From Chloroflexota bacterium (lineage in GTDB: Bacteria; Chloroflexota; UBA11872; VXOZ01): a stretch of 64,000 bases of DNA. This document shows positions 48,859 to 58,369 of this stretch, piece by piece. Each line of letters opens with the position of its first letter. Within the stretch, counting starts at the first letter, position 1. The stretch is taken from NCBI GenBank assembly GCA_964291655.2, contig OZ219802.1, forward strand, positions 1,696,001-1,760,000, read 5' to 3'. Made by a program: the position numbers and the translations under genes. Under the pieces are notes generated by a model, which did not search any database, was not told the origin of the DNA, and saw only the letters and a list, made by a program, of their open reading frames with translations.

Positions 48859-49315
48859 GTTCAGGTTCCTTTTCGAGCGCCTTATTCAAGTCCTTAAGGA
48901 GTGATCCAAGAGCCCGCGCAAATTCTGGCTTAAAGGTGGTTGCTGCTCGAAGATGTGCTGCAGATGCCTCTTCGCGATTCGCCAAAGCTTGGTAAAGCTC
49001 CTTTACAATCGTTGCGATGTGCTCAGCCGCGCCTTCAGGAAGACTCGGATCAGATCGAAGGTGCTCAGCAATAGTGTCTGTGGTTGACACGCTCTTTTCT
49101 TGCAACTCGAAGAACTGGTTTACGTCCGCACCACACCAATCGACGAGCCTCTTGAACTTCGGAAGATCAGGCATATGTCCCCTCTCCACTCGTGCGAGTG
49201 TATTGAAGGGAATTCCAATATCGCTTGCGGCTTCTCGAAGGCTCATACCTCGTCGATTTCGCTCCTCCGCGACGAGGCGACCGAGGTCACCAAGCTCTAA
49301 AACACCTGTAGCCAT
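48836..49315 (-). CDS. XRE-family HTH regulator (CapH-like)
   Basis: MSLREAASDIGIPFNTLARVERG; overlaps the peptidase gene. Confidence 0.88.
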   Translation of the reverse strand: MATGVLELGDLGRLVAEERNRRGMSLREAASDIGIPFNTLARVERGHMPDLPKFKRLVDWCGADVNQFFELQEKSVSTTDTIAEHLRSDPSLPEGAAEHIATIVKELYQALANREEASAAHLRAATTFKPEFARALGSLLKDLNKALEKEPEHDSPQRL

Positions 49316-49325
49316 AGGGCCTCCT

Positions 49326-49419
49326 GTACTATTTGTGGTACAAGTACCACCAAAGGGTTGACACAGGCAGCACGCACATGTTACGGTTTGATTGTATCAC
49401 AAATGGTACTGCATATACT
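49326..49419. promoter_or_regulatory. Divergent promoter region with paired operator-like inverted repeats
   Basis: GTACTATTTGTGGTACAA (49326-43) vs TTGTATCACAAATGGTAC (49392-409), 16/18 inverted match; TTGACA 49358, TATACT 49414. Confidence 0.65.
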
Positions 49420-49442
49420 TTTGCAACAATCTATGGAGTTTT

Positions 49443-49697
49443 ATGATGGCTAACGACAAGGACAAAGTACGTATCACAGTGAACGGCCGCAAGAAGGTGG
49501 TTTCTTCGGATGAACTCACCTACGACGAAGTCGTCTTGCTCGCTTACAATCCAGTGCCTTCGGGCCCAGAAATCATACTTACTGTAACGTACCGGGATGG
49601 TGCGGGACGACCTCCGGAAGGTAGGCTCTTGCCTGGCCAAGACGTAAAGATCCGAGATGGGACGGTCTTCAATGTCACAGTCACTGATAAATCGTAG
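49443..49697 (+). CDS. Multiubiquitin-domain-type ubiquitin-like (beta-grasp) protein
   Basis: ITVNGR..V....LTYDEVV.LA...TVTY....L.PG..VKI.DG..FNVT.TDKS. Confidence 0.8.
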   Translation: MMANDKDKVRITVNGRKKVVSSDELTYDEVVLLAYNPVPSGPEIILTVTYRDGAGRPPEGRLLPGQDVKIRDGTVFNVTVTDKS

Positions 49698-50847
49698 CCC
49701 GGACCTCAGTCGGCTTCAAGTGGAAGGGTACGAAATTGAAGTCCGATCAGGCTACCTTCTATTGAAAGGCATACCTTACGTTACAAGCAATCGCAACACA
49801 TCTCGTGGCACTTTGGTTTCAGAACTGTCACTTGCGGGAAATGTTACAGCCAAGCCTAGTACTCATGTTGTGATGTTCGTCGGAGACATGCCTTGCGATG
49901 AAGGAGGGCGTCCCCTTATGCAGATCCACAACTCCAGTACGCCCGCAGAACTCGCAAGAGGGCTCGCAATTGACCATACATTCTCAAGTAAGCCCAGTGA
50001 AGGCTACAGAGACTATTACGACAAGATGAGCACTTACGCGCATATAGTTTCCGGGCCCGCCCTATCCATCAACCCTAACTTGAAAGTCCAAACCTTCACC
50101 GTTGATGAGCCTCAAGATGAAGGCTCAACGTTTAAGTACATTGATACAGCGTCGAGCCGTGCCGGAATTGTTGCTGCGACCGAAAAACTCGCAACAGGCA
50201 CGGTTGCGATTGTTGGACTTGGGGGTACTGGCTCATACATTCTTGACTTTATAGCCAAAACGCCCGTAAAAGAGATCTATCTATTCGACGGCGACAGGTT
50301 CGGGCAGCATAACGCGTTTCGCTCCCCAGGCGCGCCGACTTTGGATACCCTGAAGAGGGCACCACAGAAGGCTGAATATTTTTGCAGTGTTTATTCCAAG
50401 ATGCGGAACCGAATTATCTTCGAGAATGAATACCTTGAGGAATCGACAATTGATCGTCTCCGCAAAATGGACTTTGCCTTCTTGGCGGTCGATAGGGGAT
50501 CTAGCAGGAGACTCGTGGTTGAGAAACTCCGCGAGTTCGGTGTGCCATTCATCGATGCAGGGATGGGTGTGAGCCAAGTAGACGGTTCCCTACTGGGCCA
50601 GCTAAGGGTGACAACGAGCTCTTCAGATCAAAGCGATCACATTGACTCAACCGTGCCATTTTCAGATGGCAACAATGAAGATGAATACACGAGCAACATA
50701 CAAATTGCTGAACTAAACGCGCTAAGCGCAGCCTTGGCTGTGATCAAATGGAAAAAGCTAATGGGATTCTATGCTGATCTAGAGAACGAGCACTCATCGT
50801 ATTATCAGATCGATGGCAATTTTCTAATTAATGAGAACAAAGCGTGA
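49672..50847 (+). CDS. E2-like (DUF6791-type)-ThiF/E1 adenylyltransferase fusion
   Basis: N-terminal IPYV..G.LVS, FSSKP..Y.DYY.K; ThiF GLGGTG, DGD, HNAFR, IDAGMG, NIQIAELN. Confidence 0.85.
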   Translation: MSQSLINRSPDLSRLQVEGYEIEVRSGYLLLKGIPYVTSNRNTSRGTLVSELSLAGNVTAKPSTHVVMFVGDMPCDEGGRPLMQIHNSSTPAELARGLAIDHTFSSKPSEGYRDYYDKMSTYAHIVSGPALSINPNLKVQTFTVDEPQDEGSTFKYIDTASSRAGIVAATEKLATGTVAIVGLGGTGSYILDFIAKTPVKEIYLFDGDRFGQHNAFRSPGAPTLDTLKRAPQKAEYFCSVYSKMRNRIIFENEYLEESTIDRLRKMDFAFLAVDRGSSRRLVVEKLREFGVPFIDAGMGVSQVDGSLLGQLRVTTSSSDQSDHIDSTVPFSDGNNEDEYTSNIQIAELNALSAALAVIKWKKLMGFYADLENEHSSYYQIDGNFLINENKA

Positions 50848-51287
50848 CTCGATTTAGCTCTCTCACGCACAAATTCGTCAGCTACATTCCGGATTCACTA
50901 TGCGAGGGTGTACTTTATGTATCTATACCTTTCGCTACGGTCGTACACAAGTGTTGCTGCGGTTGCGGAAATGAAGTTGTTACGCCACTAGACCCATCAG
51001 ATTGGCAAATGACCTTCGACGGTAAGTCGATTTCTCTTCAACCGTCGATTGGTAATTGGGGACTTGCATGCCAATCTCACTATTGGATCAAAAGCAATCA
51101 AGTAGTGTGGGCATCGCGTATGTCTGAAGAGCAAATTGCTTGGGTTAGAATCAAAGACCGCTTAGCTAAAGCCAAGCAGTATGGCGGATCAAGTGGCTTT
51201 TGCGCATGCATATTGAAAGAAGCGAAGTCACCTAAATTTTGGAAGTACCTTTGGCGCTCCTGCAGTGAGAGCCTGCGGCGAAATTAG
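50844..51287 (+). CDS. DUF6527-like Cys/His-rich protein
   Basis: GTGA overlap; HKCCCGCG..VVTPL, SLQPSIGNW...CQSHYWI. Confidence 0.75.
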   Translation: MTRFSSLTHKFVSYIPDSLCEGVLYVSIPFATVVHKCCCGCGNEVVTPLDPSDWQMTFDGKSISLQPSIGNWGLACQSHYWIKSNQVVWASRMSEEQIAWVRIKDRLAKAKQYGGSSGFCACILKEAKSPKFWKYLWRSCSESLRRN

Positions 51288-51364
51288 CTCTTTTGGCCGA
51301 CTCCGCGCACTGAAATCGCTTTAGGTAAAGGTCGAACCTCTTTGGTTGAAACGGCAAGTTCATT

Positions 51365-52255
51365 CTATCGAGACTGCGGAATTGCCGTGATGCGCCGCAG
51401 GGCTTCCTGGTACTTGGCGCTGGTTTTTTGGATGATGTCGTCGGGGAGCGTGGGGGCGGGGGGTTCCATGTTCCAGCCGCTTTGGCGCAGCCACTCGCGG
51501 ACGAATTCCTTATCGTAGCTGGGCTGGGGATGGCCGGGTTCGTAGATGTCGGTATCCCAGTAGCGTGACGAATCCGGCGTGAACGCCTCGTCGATGAGCA
51601 TGAGTTCGCCCTCGTACAGACCGAACTCGAACTTCGTATCGGCCACGATCAGACCGGCCTTTTGGGCCTCGGCGCGCCCGAAGTTGTAGATTTCAATCGA
51701 AGTGGATTCGAGTTGCGCCGCGAGTTCCGTGCCGATACGCGAGGCCAATTCCGCCCGAGAGATGTTCTCATCGTGACCGGATTCAGCCTTGGTCGCAGGC
51801 GTAAAGATGGGCTCAGGAAATTCCTGGCTCTCCACCATTCCCGGCGGCAGTTTGTGACCGCAGACCTCGCCGGTGCGCACATAGTCGCGCCAACCGGAAC
51901 CGGCCAGATACCCGCGCACGACGCACTCGGCGTCAATGCGTTCCGCCTTGTGCACCAGCATGCTGCGCCCCGCAAGCATCTCGCTTTCGGCCTGCAGTTC
52001 CGCGGGATACGCCGTCACGTCGGTGGTGATGAGGTGGTTGGGAACCAGGTGCCCCATGCGCCGGAACCAGAAGGCGGAAAGTTGATTGAGCACCCGCCCT
52101 TTTTCCGGGATGCCCATAGGCAAGACGACGTCGAACGCTGAAATGCGGTCGGTGGTGACGATGAGCAGGTGCTCGCCCAGATCGTAGATGTCGCGCACCT
52201 TGCCCCGCGCAAAACGGGGCACGGGAAGCGCCGTTTCCAGAATCACGTCAGCCAT
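51365..52255 (-). CDS. purC: SAICAR synthetase
   Basis: GKVRD, DRISAFD, ECVVRGY, DTKFEFG, DSSRYW. Confidence 0.97.
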   Translation of the reverse strand: MADVILETALPVPRFARGKVRDIYDLGEHLLIVTTDRISAFDVVLPMGIPEKGRVLNQLSAFWFRRMGHLVPNHLITTDVTAYPAELQAESEMLAGRSMLVHKAERIDAECVVRGYLAGSGWRDYVRTGEVCGHKLPPGMVESQEFPEPIFTPATKAESGHDENISRAELASRIGTELAAQLESTSIEIYNFGRAEAQKAGLIVADTKFEFGLYEGELMLIDEAFTPDSSRYWDTDIYEPGHPQPSYDKEFVREWLRQSGWNMEPPAPTLPDDIIQKTSAKYQEALRRITAIPQSR

Positions 52256-52367
52256 CGTCAGCTATCTTCTCCAGCCTCATTGCCCGTCCTGATCCTCACC
52301 CTCTATCATATACTGTGGAGGCCAAATGGGCTTCCAGGGCGACTCAAGCAACCACACAGAGGTGACA

Positions 52368-53162
52368 ATGGAAATAACGAAACACCAACCCGGCATGTTC
52401 AGCTTTGCGGATCTGGGCACACCCGATCTCGTAGCCTCCAAGCAATTCTATACGGCGTTTCTGGACCTGGAATTGTTCGAAATGCCGCTTCCCGACGGCA
52501 CGGAGTTTTGCATGCTCCGCAAGCGGGGCAAGAGCGCGTTTTCGCTGTACGCAATGCCGGACGAAATGAAGCAAATGACCGGCGGCCGGCCGGTGTGGCA
52601 GAGCTATTTCACGGTCGTGAGTGCCGACGAAACATCAGCAAGAATCAAGGAATTGGGCGGCACCGTGGCGCAGGAGCCAATTGACGTCATGGACGCGGGA
52701 CGCCTGCTCGTCGCCCAGGACCCCACGGGCGCCCCATTCTCCGTCTGGCAACCTGGCACCCAGATCGGCGCCGAGGTCTTCGGCGAGCACGGCGCGCTGG
52801 CGTGGAACGAACTCTATACCCGCGATACGGCAGCCGCTGGGGATTTCTACACGGGCCTTTTCGGCTGGTCGGTGGAGAAAACGCAGAGTGGCGACGGCGG
52901 CGAGTACAACCTGTTTAGTATTGGCGACCAACCGGCAGCCGGCATGATGGCAATTCGGGAGGAATGGGGTCCAATGCCCCCGAACTGGTCCATCTACCTC
53001 GCCGTTGCCAATCTGGACGCATCGCTCGAGAAGCTGCAGAGCCTCGGCGGGCAGCAGATTTCCCCTGCCATGGCGGTGGAGGGCGTGGGACGCTTTGCCT
53101 TTATTTGCGATCCCCAAGGCGCCTATTGCACCATCATCGAGCCCGTGCCTCACGACGATTAG
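52368..53162 (+). CDS. Two-domain VOC/glyoxalase protein
   Basis: Repeated FY..LFGW / W..Y..V / DPxGA modules. Confidence 0.88.
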   Translation: MEITKHQPGMFSFADLGTPDLVASKQFYTAFLDLELFEMPLPDGTEFCMLRKRGKSAFSLYAMPDEMKQMTGGRPVWQSYFTVVSADETSARIKELGGTVAQEPIDVMDAGRLLVAQDPTGAPFSVWQPGTQIGAEVFGEHGALAWNELYTRDTAAAGDFYTGLFGWSVEKTQSGDGGEYNLFSIGDQPAAGMMAIREEWGPMPPNWSIYLAVANLDASLEKLQSLGGQQISPAMAVEGVGRFAFICDPQGAYCTIIEPVPHDD

Positions 53163-53209
53163 GCTCGACGTCAATCCCGGGAACGCTGCACCCAACTTGC
53201 CTCTTGGCC

Positions 53210-53348
53210 CCGTTTATCATTCGTCCTGAGTATCGTCTATTGTTCGACCTGAATACCGTTTGCCGTTCGTGCTGAACATCGCTTACCGTTCCTGCTGAAT
53301 ACCGCTTACCGTTCGTGCTGAGCTTGTCGAAGCATGAACGGTAAACGG
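53210..53348. repeat. Five degenerate 23-bp tandem units ending in a full REP hairpin
   Basis: Units at 53210, 53233, 53256, 53279, 53302; the last continues into CTGAGCTTGTCGAAGCATGAACGG. Confidence 0.8.
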
Positions 53349-53389
53349 AGATTGCGCGCTCGAACGATCACCGGTGTCGGCCTGACCTC

Positions 53390-54685
53390 TCACGCCAGCC
53401 CCATGCGCTTGTACGACGCATCGATGTTGCGCACGTGGTGGCGCACGTCAAAGAGCGCGTCAATCTCGCCTTCATCCAGATGTTCGCGCACCCGCGAGTC
53501 GTCCTTGAGGAGGGTGCCGAAGTCCGCGCCCGTTTCCCACGCGGCGGTGGCGTGCTCCTGGACGATGGCGTAGGCATCCTGTCGCGTGAGCCCGCAATTG
53601 ACCAGGGCTAAGAGCACTGACTCGCTGTAGACGAGGCCGCGTGTTTGGTTGAGGTTGCGCAGCATTTTGTCGGGGTACACCTGCAAATCGGCCATGACGC
53701 GGGTAAACAGCGCGAGCATGTAGTCAAGGACAATGCACGAATCGGGGAGAATGACGCGTTCGGGCGCGGAGTTGGTGATGTCGCGTTCATGCCAGAGGGC
53801 CACGTTTTCCAGCGCCGTTTGCGCGTAGGACCGCATCAGGCGGGCCAGGCCCGAAACTCGCTCACATCTGGCGGGATTTCGTTTGTGGGGCATGGCGGAA
53901 GAACCCACTCGACCGCGCTCGAAGGGTTCTTCCACTTCCAAGACCTCGGTGCGTTGGAGATTGCGGACTTCGGTCGCGAATTTATCCAGCGAAGAGCCAA
54001 TTACGGCCAACGTAGTTACAAAATCGGCGTGGCGGTCACGCTGGATGATTTGCGTCGAGGTGGGCGCTACGTCAAGGCCCAAACCGGCACACACGCGGTC
54101 CTCGATGGCGGGCGGCACGTTGGCGTGAGTGCCCACCGCACCGGATATCTTGCCCACGGCTACCTGTGCTCGCGCCGCCTCCAAGCGTTGCCGGTTGCGG
54201 CGCATCTCGTCCACCCAGACGAGCAGCTTGTACCCAAACGTGATCGGTTCCGCCTGCACGCCGTGGGTGCGGCCGATCTGCGGTACATCCTTGTACGTGA
54301 CCGCCGCTGCCTCGAGCACGCCGCTGAGTTCATCGATGCCGTCCAGCAGCACGTCCGCAGCGTCCCGCAGCCGGATGCCGGTTGCCGTGTCCTCCACGTC
54401 GTAGGAGGTCAACCCAAGGTGGAGAAAGCGGCTTTCGTCTCCCAGTTGTTCCGCCACCGCCATGAGGAAGGCGTTGAGGTCGTGGTCGATCTCGCGCTCT
54501 ATCTCCGCGATGCGTTCCAGGGACGGGGTCCGCGCGTGGCGCAGCTTAGCCATGTCTTCTGCGGGGACCGTTCCGTGCTCAGTCCACGCATCGCACACGG
54601 CAAGTTCTACCTGCAGCCAACTGGCGAACTTGCGGTCCTCAGACCAAATCATGCCCATTTTGGGTCGCGTGTAGCGGGGAAGCAT
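53390..54685 (-). CDS. purB: Adenylosuccinate lyase
   Basis: HLGLTS, GRTHG, SGAVG, GSSAMPHKRNP, LWHERD. Confidence 0.97.
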   Translation of the reverse strand: MLPRYTRPKMGMIWSEDRKFASWLQVELAVCDAWTEHGTVPAEDMAKLRHARTPSLERIAEIEREIDHDLNAFLMAVAEQLGDESRFLHLGLTSYDVEDTATGIRLRDAADVLLDGIDELSGVLEAAAVTYKDVPQIGRTHGVQAEPITFGYKLLVWVDEMRRNRQRLEAARAQVAVGKISGAVGTHANVPPAIEDRVCAGLGLDVAPTSTQIIQRDRHADFVTTLAVIGSSLDKFATEVRNLQRTEVLEVEEPFERGRVGSSAMPHKRNPARCERVSGLARLMRSYAQTALENVALWHERDITNSAPERVILPDSCIVLDYMLALFTRVMADLQVYPDKMLRNLNQTRGLVYSESVLLALVNCGLTRQDAYAIVQEHATAAWETGADFGTLLKDDSRVREHLDEGEIDALFDVRHHVRNIDASYKRMGLA

Positions 54686-54956
54686 GGGGATTTCTCTCGA
54701 ATCTAAAAGCCGTCGCACGAGCGATTGGGAATTTGCAGTCCACTTGCCATTCTAGGAGAAGGGCCTGGCTCTGTCCAACAGTGGAAAACGGGAACCGGCC
54801 GTGCTGCGCAAACAACTGCCGGCGAGGTCAATCTTGAACAGTGAAACGAGAGGAACAGTGGTGACCCAGATAAACCAGGCAAGGGGCGATGGGCAGACAG
54901 TGCTGAGTCGGCGGCGCGGCGGGTTAGGAAGGCGAGATAGGAGGTCGGCGCGGTTG

Positions 54957-55250
54957 CACTTCGACAAGCTCAGTGTGAACGGATGGGAGAATTGAATGGA
55001 AGTTCCATTGCGAATCGACAAGTCCAGTGTGAATGGATTAGGAAGTTGTCGGCGGGTGGGACCGAAATTCGACTGGCTCAGTATGAACGGAACTTGGGGC
55101 TGGCGGTTGATAGACCGGCACTTCGACAGGTTCAGCGCGAACGGGAACTGGGGTTTGCGATGGATCGGACAGCACATCGACAAGCTCAGTGCGAACGGGT
55201 CTTAGAGCCGGTGCCCAACGAGACTGGACTCTGGAAAGCTCAGCACAATC
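54957..55250. repeat. Degenerate array with exact 54-bp period built on a TCGACAAGCTCAG core
   Basis: Core at 54961, 55015, 55069, 55123, 55177, 55231. Confidence 0.8.
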
Positions 55251-55267
55251 AGAGAAAACACGACGCG

Positions 55268-55546
55268 CTATAGACCGCCCGCCATGGCGGGGATCACTGA
55301 GATCTCGTCGCCGTCGGAGAGCGCGGTGTCTTTGCCCTGGAGCGTGCGTACTTCTTCTGAGTTTACGTAGACGTTGAGGTAGCCGGGGATATCACCGTTT
55401 TCGTCTGCGATCTGCGCGCCGATGCCGGGGAACTGGCGCTCCAGTTCCTGCAGAAGCTGCGCAACGTTTGCCGCTTCGAGCTCCACCCGGGACTGATTGC
55501 CGGTGAAACGACGATACGGTGTCGGAATGTAGACTTTTACTCCCAT
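55268..55546 (-). CDS. MoaD/ThiS/CysO-like sulfur carrier with masked C-terminus
   Basis: IPT..R, NVYVN, L.DGDEISVIPAMAGGL. Confidence 0.9.
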   Translation of the reverse strand: MGVKVYIPTPYRRFTGNQSRVELEAANVAQLLQELERQFPGIGAQIADENGDIPGYLNVYVNSEEVRTLQGKDTALSDGDEISVIPAMAGGL

Positions 55547-55975
55547 CGCGATGGGTCCTTAGCTTTATTTTCGTTAGCTTGCGTACCAACTCTTACTATA
55601 AGCTATCTCGATGCTGCGGCTCAACGTGGCAACTCGTATCGGGGCTATCTTGGCTATCCTGGGGAAGACGCCAAAGAAACGCCCGTACTTTGCCGGCGCA
55701 GCTTTGAGTGTCCGCACTGCTCTCATTGCGTCGTTTGCCGCTAGGCAAGCGGCCGGTAGCAACGGTAAGATGTAATCGGATGTGGGCGCGTGTGTTCTCG
55801 CTTCGAATAACTTGCAGTGTACACGTCAAGCAGGTCGGCCAGTTCCCAGCAGGTATGACTGCGCACATGCGGAATTGACCCGGCATACACGTACCGCGTG
55901 ACCTTGAGCGGCACGCGCCCAGGACTCCGACTACGCAAGAAACAATCTTCCACTACAAGACAGGAGACTCGAGCT

Positions 55976-56758
55976 ATGGCGGAAGGTAACGGGCGACCCG
56001 AACTCTTCGATGTCAACGTCTCACTTGGCCCATTGCCGCAGCGGCCGCCGGGGTCGCCCGTCGATGCCGCGAGCTTGCTGGAGCTGCTGGATGCGTATGA
56101 CATTTCACGGGCACTGGTGACGCATACCTATGCCAAGTGGCACGATCCCACAGACGGCAATGAACGTCTCTTACAGGCCATTGCCGGCGAGCCGCGACTT
56201 TCCCCGTGTTGGGTGGTAATGCCTGCTGCCACGCGTGAAGTGCCGCCGGAAACGGAGCAAGTCGATCAACTGCTGGCGGCAGGTGCGCGCGCCGCGCGAC
56301 TCTGTCCCAAGACCCATATCCTTGTGCTCGAACCGTGGGTGATCGAGCCGCTCGCGCAAGCCCTCGCCGACAAACGGGTGCCGGTTCTGCTCGACTTCGA
56401 CAACGCCCACTACAGCGAGCCGCGGCACTGGGACTTCATCGCGTGGCTGCTGGAGGCGTTTCCCGATTTGCCGGTGATTCTCTTGCGGCAGTCCCACGCC
56501 GACTTTCGCGTGCTCTTCCCGCTGCTCGAACGCTCACCGAACCTCTATGTGGAAACTTCCTATCTGGGCGGGCACAGCGCCCTCATTGAGCTGGCAGAAC
56601 GGTGGGGAGCCGAGCGCTTCATCTTTGGCACCGGCCTGCCGCTTTTCGAACCGGCCCTGCCCATCACCACGCTGTCTTACGGCGGATTGGAGCCCGCAGC
56701 GCGCGCGGAAATCGCGGGGGCAAGCCTGCAGCGTCTCCTCGACGGCTGCAAGGTGTAG
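55976..56758 (+). CDS. Amidohydrolase-superfamily protein
   Basis: FDVN..LG, GNE.L, FPDLPVIL, NLYVETS, FIFGTGLP; AGGAG RBS. Confidence 0.8.
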   Translation: MAEGNGRPELFDVNVSLGPLPQRPPGSPVDAASLLELLDAYDISRALVTHTYAKWHDPTDGNERLLQAIAGEPRLSPCWVVMPAATREVPPETEQVDQLLAAGARAARLCPKTHILVLEPWVIEPLAQALADKRVPVLLDFDNAHYSEPRHWDFIAWLLEAFPDLPVILLRQSHADFRVLFPLLERSPNLYVETSYLGGHSALIELAERWGAERFIFGTGLPLFEPALPITTLSYGGLEPAARAEIAGASLQRLLDGCKV

Positions 56759-56968
56759 GAACTGCATGCGTGGCCGCGACGCTATTTCATCGGCCGAGCT
56801 TTGCTTCCTCAAGGAGACGATTGCGAAATCTCTCTTGGGCGCAATTTCGATTCCTCTACCTCATGAGAACCGTCCGTAACCTTTGCCAATACGAGGAAGT
56901 CCCCTCTCCCAACAGAAACCATGGCGTATCTAGATCTTGAGGAAATTGTGCTACCCCCTCTCCCTGGG

Positions 56969-57519
56969 GAGACCTCTGCAAAACCCTTCTTTCAAGCAGG
57001 GGCACTCCCTCTCCTGGGGGAGTGTATAGACCGGGTTGATGGGTAACACATGTTCGGGTTGATAGGTTACACCATCGAATATGGGAGTTTTCGTTGTATG
57101 CAGTGTCCATGCCATGGAAGTTAGACCAACTCAATACCCTTATGGATACGGTTTTTCCCCTGGCACCAGCTCACGAACTGAACATGAGTATGTCGTGGTG
57201 CCTGGAACGTCTATTTCTCTGCCCAACCTAAAGCGCCCGAAGGTGTCAATCAGTACAATGTGTAACCTATCAACCCGAACACCTGTTACCTATCAGCCCA
57301 GTCTGTACAGGGAGAGGGTTGGGGTGAGGGGGTTTTCTTGCTACAATGGCCCTTTACGCTGTGCAGTGTCAAGACGTATCAGGGCAGAATCGGTGTGCAT
57401 ATGGAGAGATTTCAGGAGATTCACCCTCACCCCCGTATCACGTACGGGGCAGGCTCTAACCCTCTCCCGTCGAGGGAGAGGGATCACTCTCGCTTCCGCT
57501 TAGGTTTCGCAACGTTCTC
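56969..57519. mobile_element. GAGACC-ended shell (copy D) interrupted by an IS481-type MITE
   Basis: Homologous to 2268-2501; flanked by CTGGG direct repeat within a REP loop. Confidence 0.75.
57023..57309 (+). mobile_element. IS481-type non-autonomous element (287 bp)
   Basis: ~50-bp IRs TGTATAGACCGGGTTGATGGGTAAC.. / ..GTTACCTATCAGCCCAGTCTGTACA; duplication GGGAG; retains ATGCCATGGAAG (MPWK) at 57109. Confidence 0.85.
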
Positions 57520-57678
57520 CTGGGGGAGAGGGCCGGGGTGAGGGGAAACCTCGCCAATTCAACCGTCATCTCCCTCCCACGATCGTATAGGCAGCGGACT
57601 CCAGTACGTGTGGCGGGGCACGCGAGCCTCCGCCGCGCACATGAGAAAAATCTACTCAATCGATTAAGGAGCATCCAA

Positions 57679-58365
57679 GTGTCCACCTTCGCAAAACTCA
57701 CACCCGCGCAGCTTGCTGCCCTGCGGGCGATAGACAGTCCTACCATTGCCAACGCCATCGAAGAATTCGACGTGCGCGACCGCCGCGCCGGGTACATGGA
57801 TGGATCCATCCACTGTATATACCCAGATCTCGGCGAAATCGTGGGCTATGCCTTCACTGTCACCTTCAAGAACCGCGAACCGGGCGACCCGCCCATGCGC
57901 CAGGAGAGGGTCAGGGCGCTGGAACACGCGGCGGCTGTGCCGGCGCCGCGCATCTTGGTGGCCCACGACGCCACGCCGGAGGTGCCGGCGGCGCTCTTTG
58001 GCGAGATTATGTGCACGCTGCTCACGCGCCTCGACTTCGTGGGCGTCATCACCGACGGTACCGTGCGCGACCTCAATGAGGTGCGGGAGCTCGGCCTGCA
58101 GTATTTCGCGTCCGGCGCGATCGTCTCTCACGGGCAAGTCACGGTAGAATCTTTTGCCACGCCCGTGACCGTTGCGGGACTCTCCGTCGAGACTGGCGAC
58201 CTGCTGCATGCCGACTGCAACGGCGTCGTCCAGATTCCTGCCGAAATCGCGCCCGAGGTCGCCGCCAAAGCCGAGGAAGTGCGCCGGGACGAGGCAAAAC
58301 TCCTCGACGCTCTCGCCGATCCGGCGTTTACGCTAGAGGAATTTAAGAAGGTCATGTTGGGGTAA
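57679..58365 (+). CDS. RraA/HMG-CHA aldolase family protein
   Basis: SPTIANAIE, GYAFT, GEIM, TDGTVRD, GDLLHAD.NGVV; AAGGAG RBS, GTG start. Confidence 0.88.
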   Translation: MSTFAKLTPAQLAALRAIDSPTIANAIEEFDVRDRRAGYMDGSIHCIYPDLGEIVGYAFTVTFKNREPGDPPMRQERVRALEHAAAVPAPRILVAHDATPEVPAALFGEIMCTLLTRLDFVGVITDGTVRDLNEVRELGLQYFASGAIVSHGQVTVESFATPVTVAGLSVETGDLLHADCNGVVQIPAEIAPEVAAKAEEVRRDEAKLLDALADPAFTLEEFKKVMLG

Positions 58366-58369
58366 GCAC

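Noticed and set aside
54957-55250. Bona fide CRISPR array
   Set aside because: Repeats are degenerate, linkers share residual similarity, the core is a dispersed REP half, and there is no cas or leader; kept as a repeat finding
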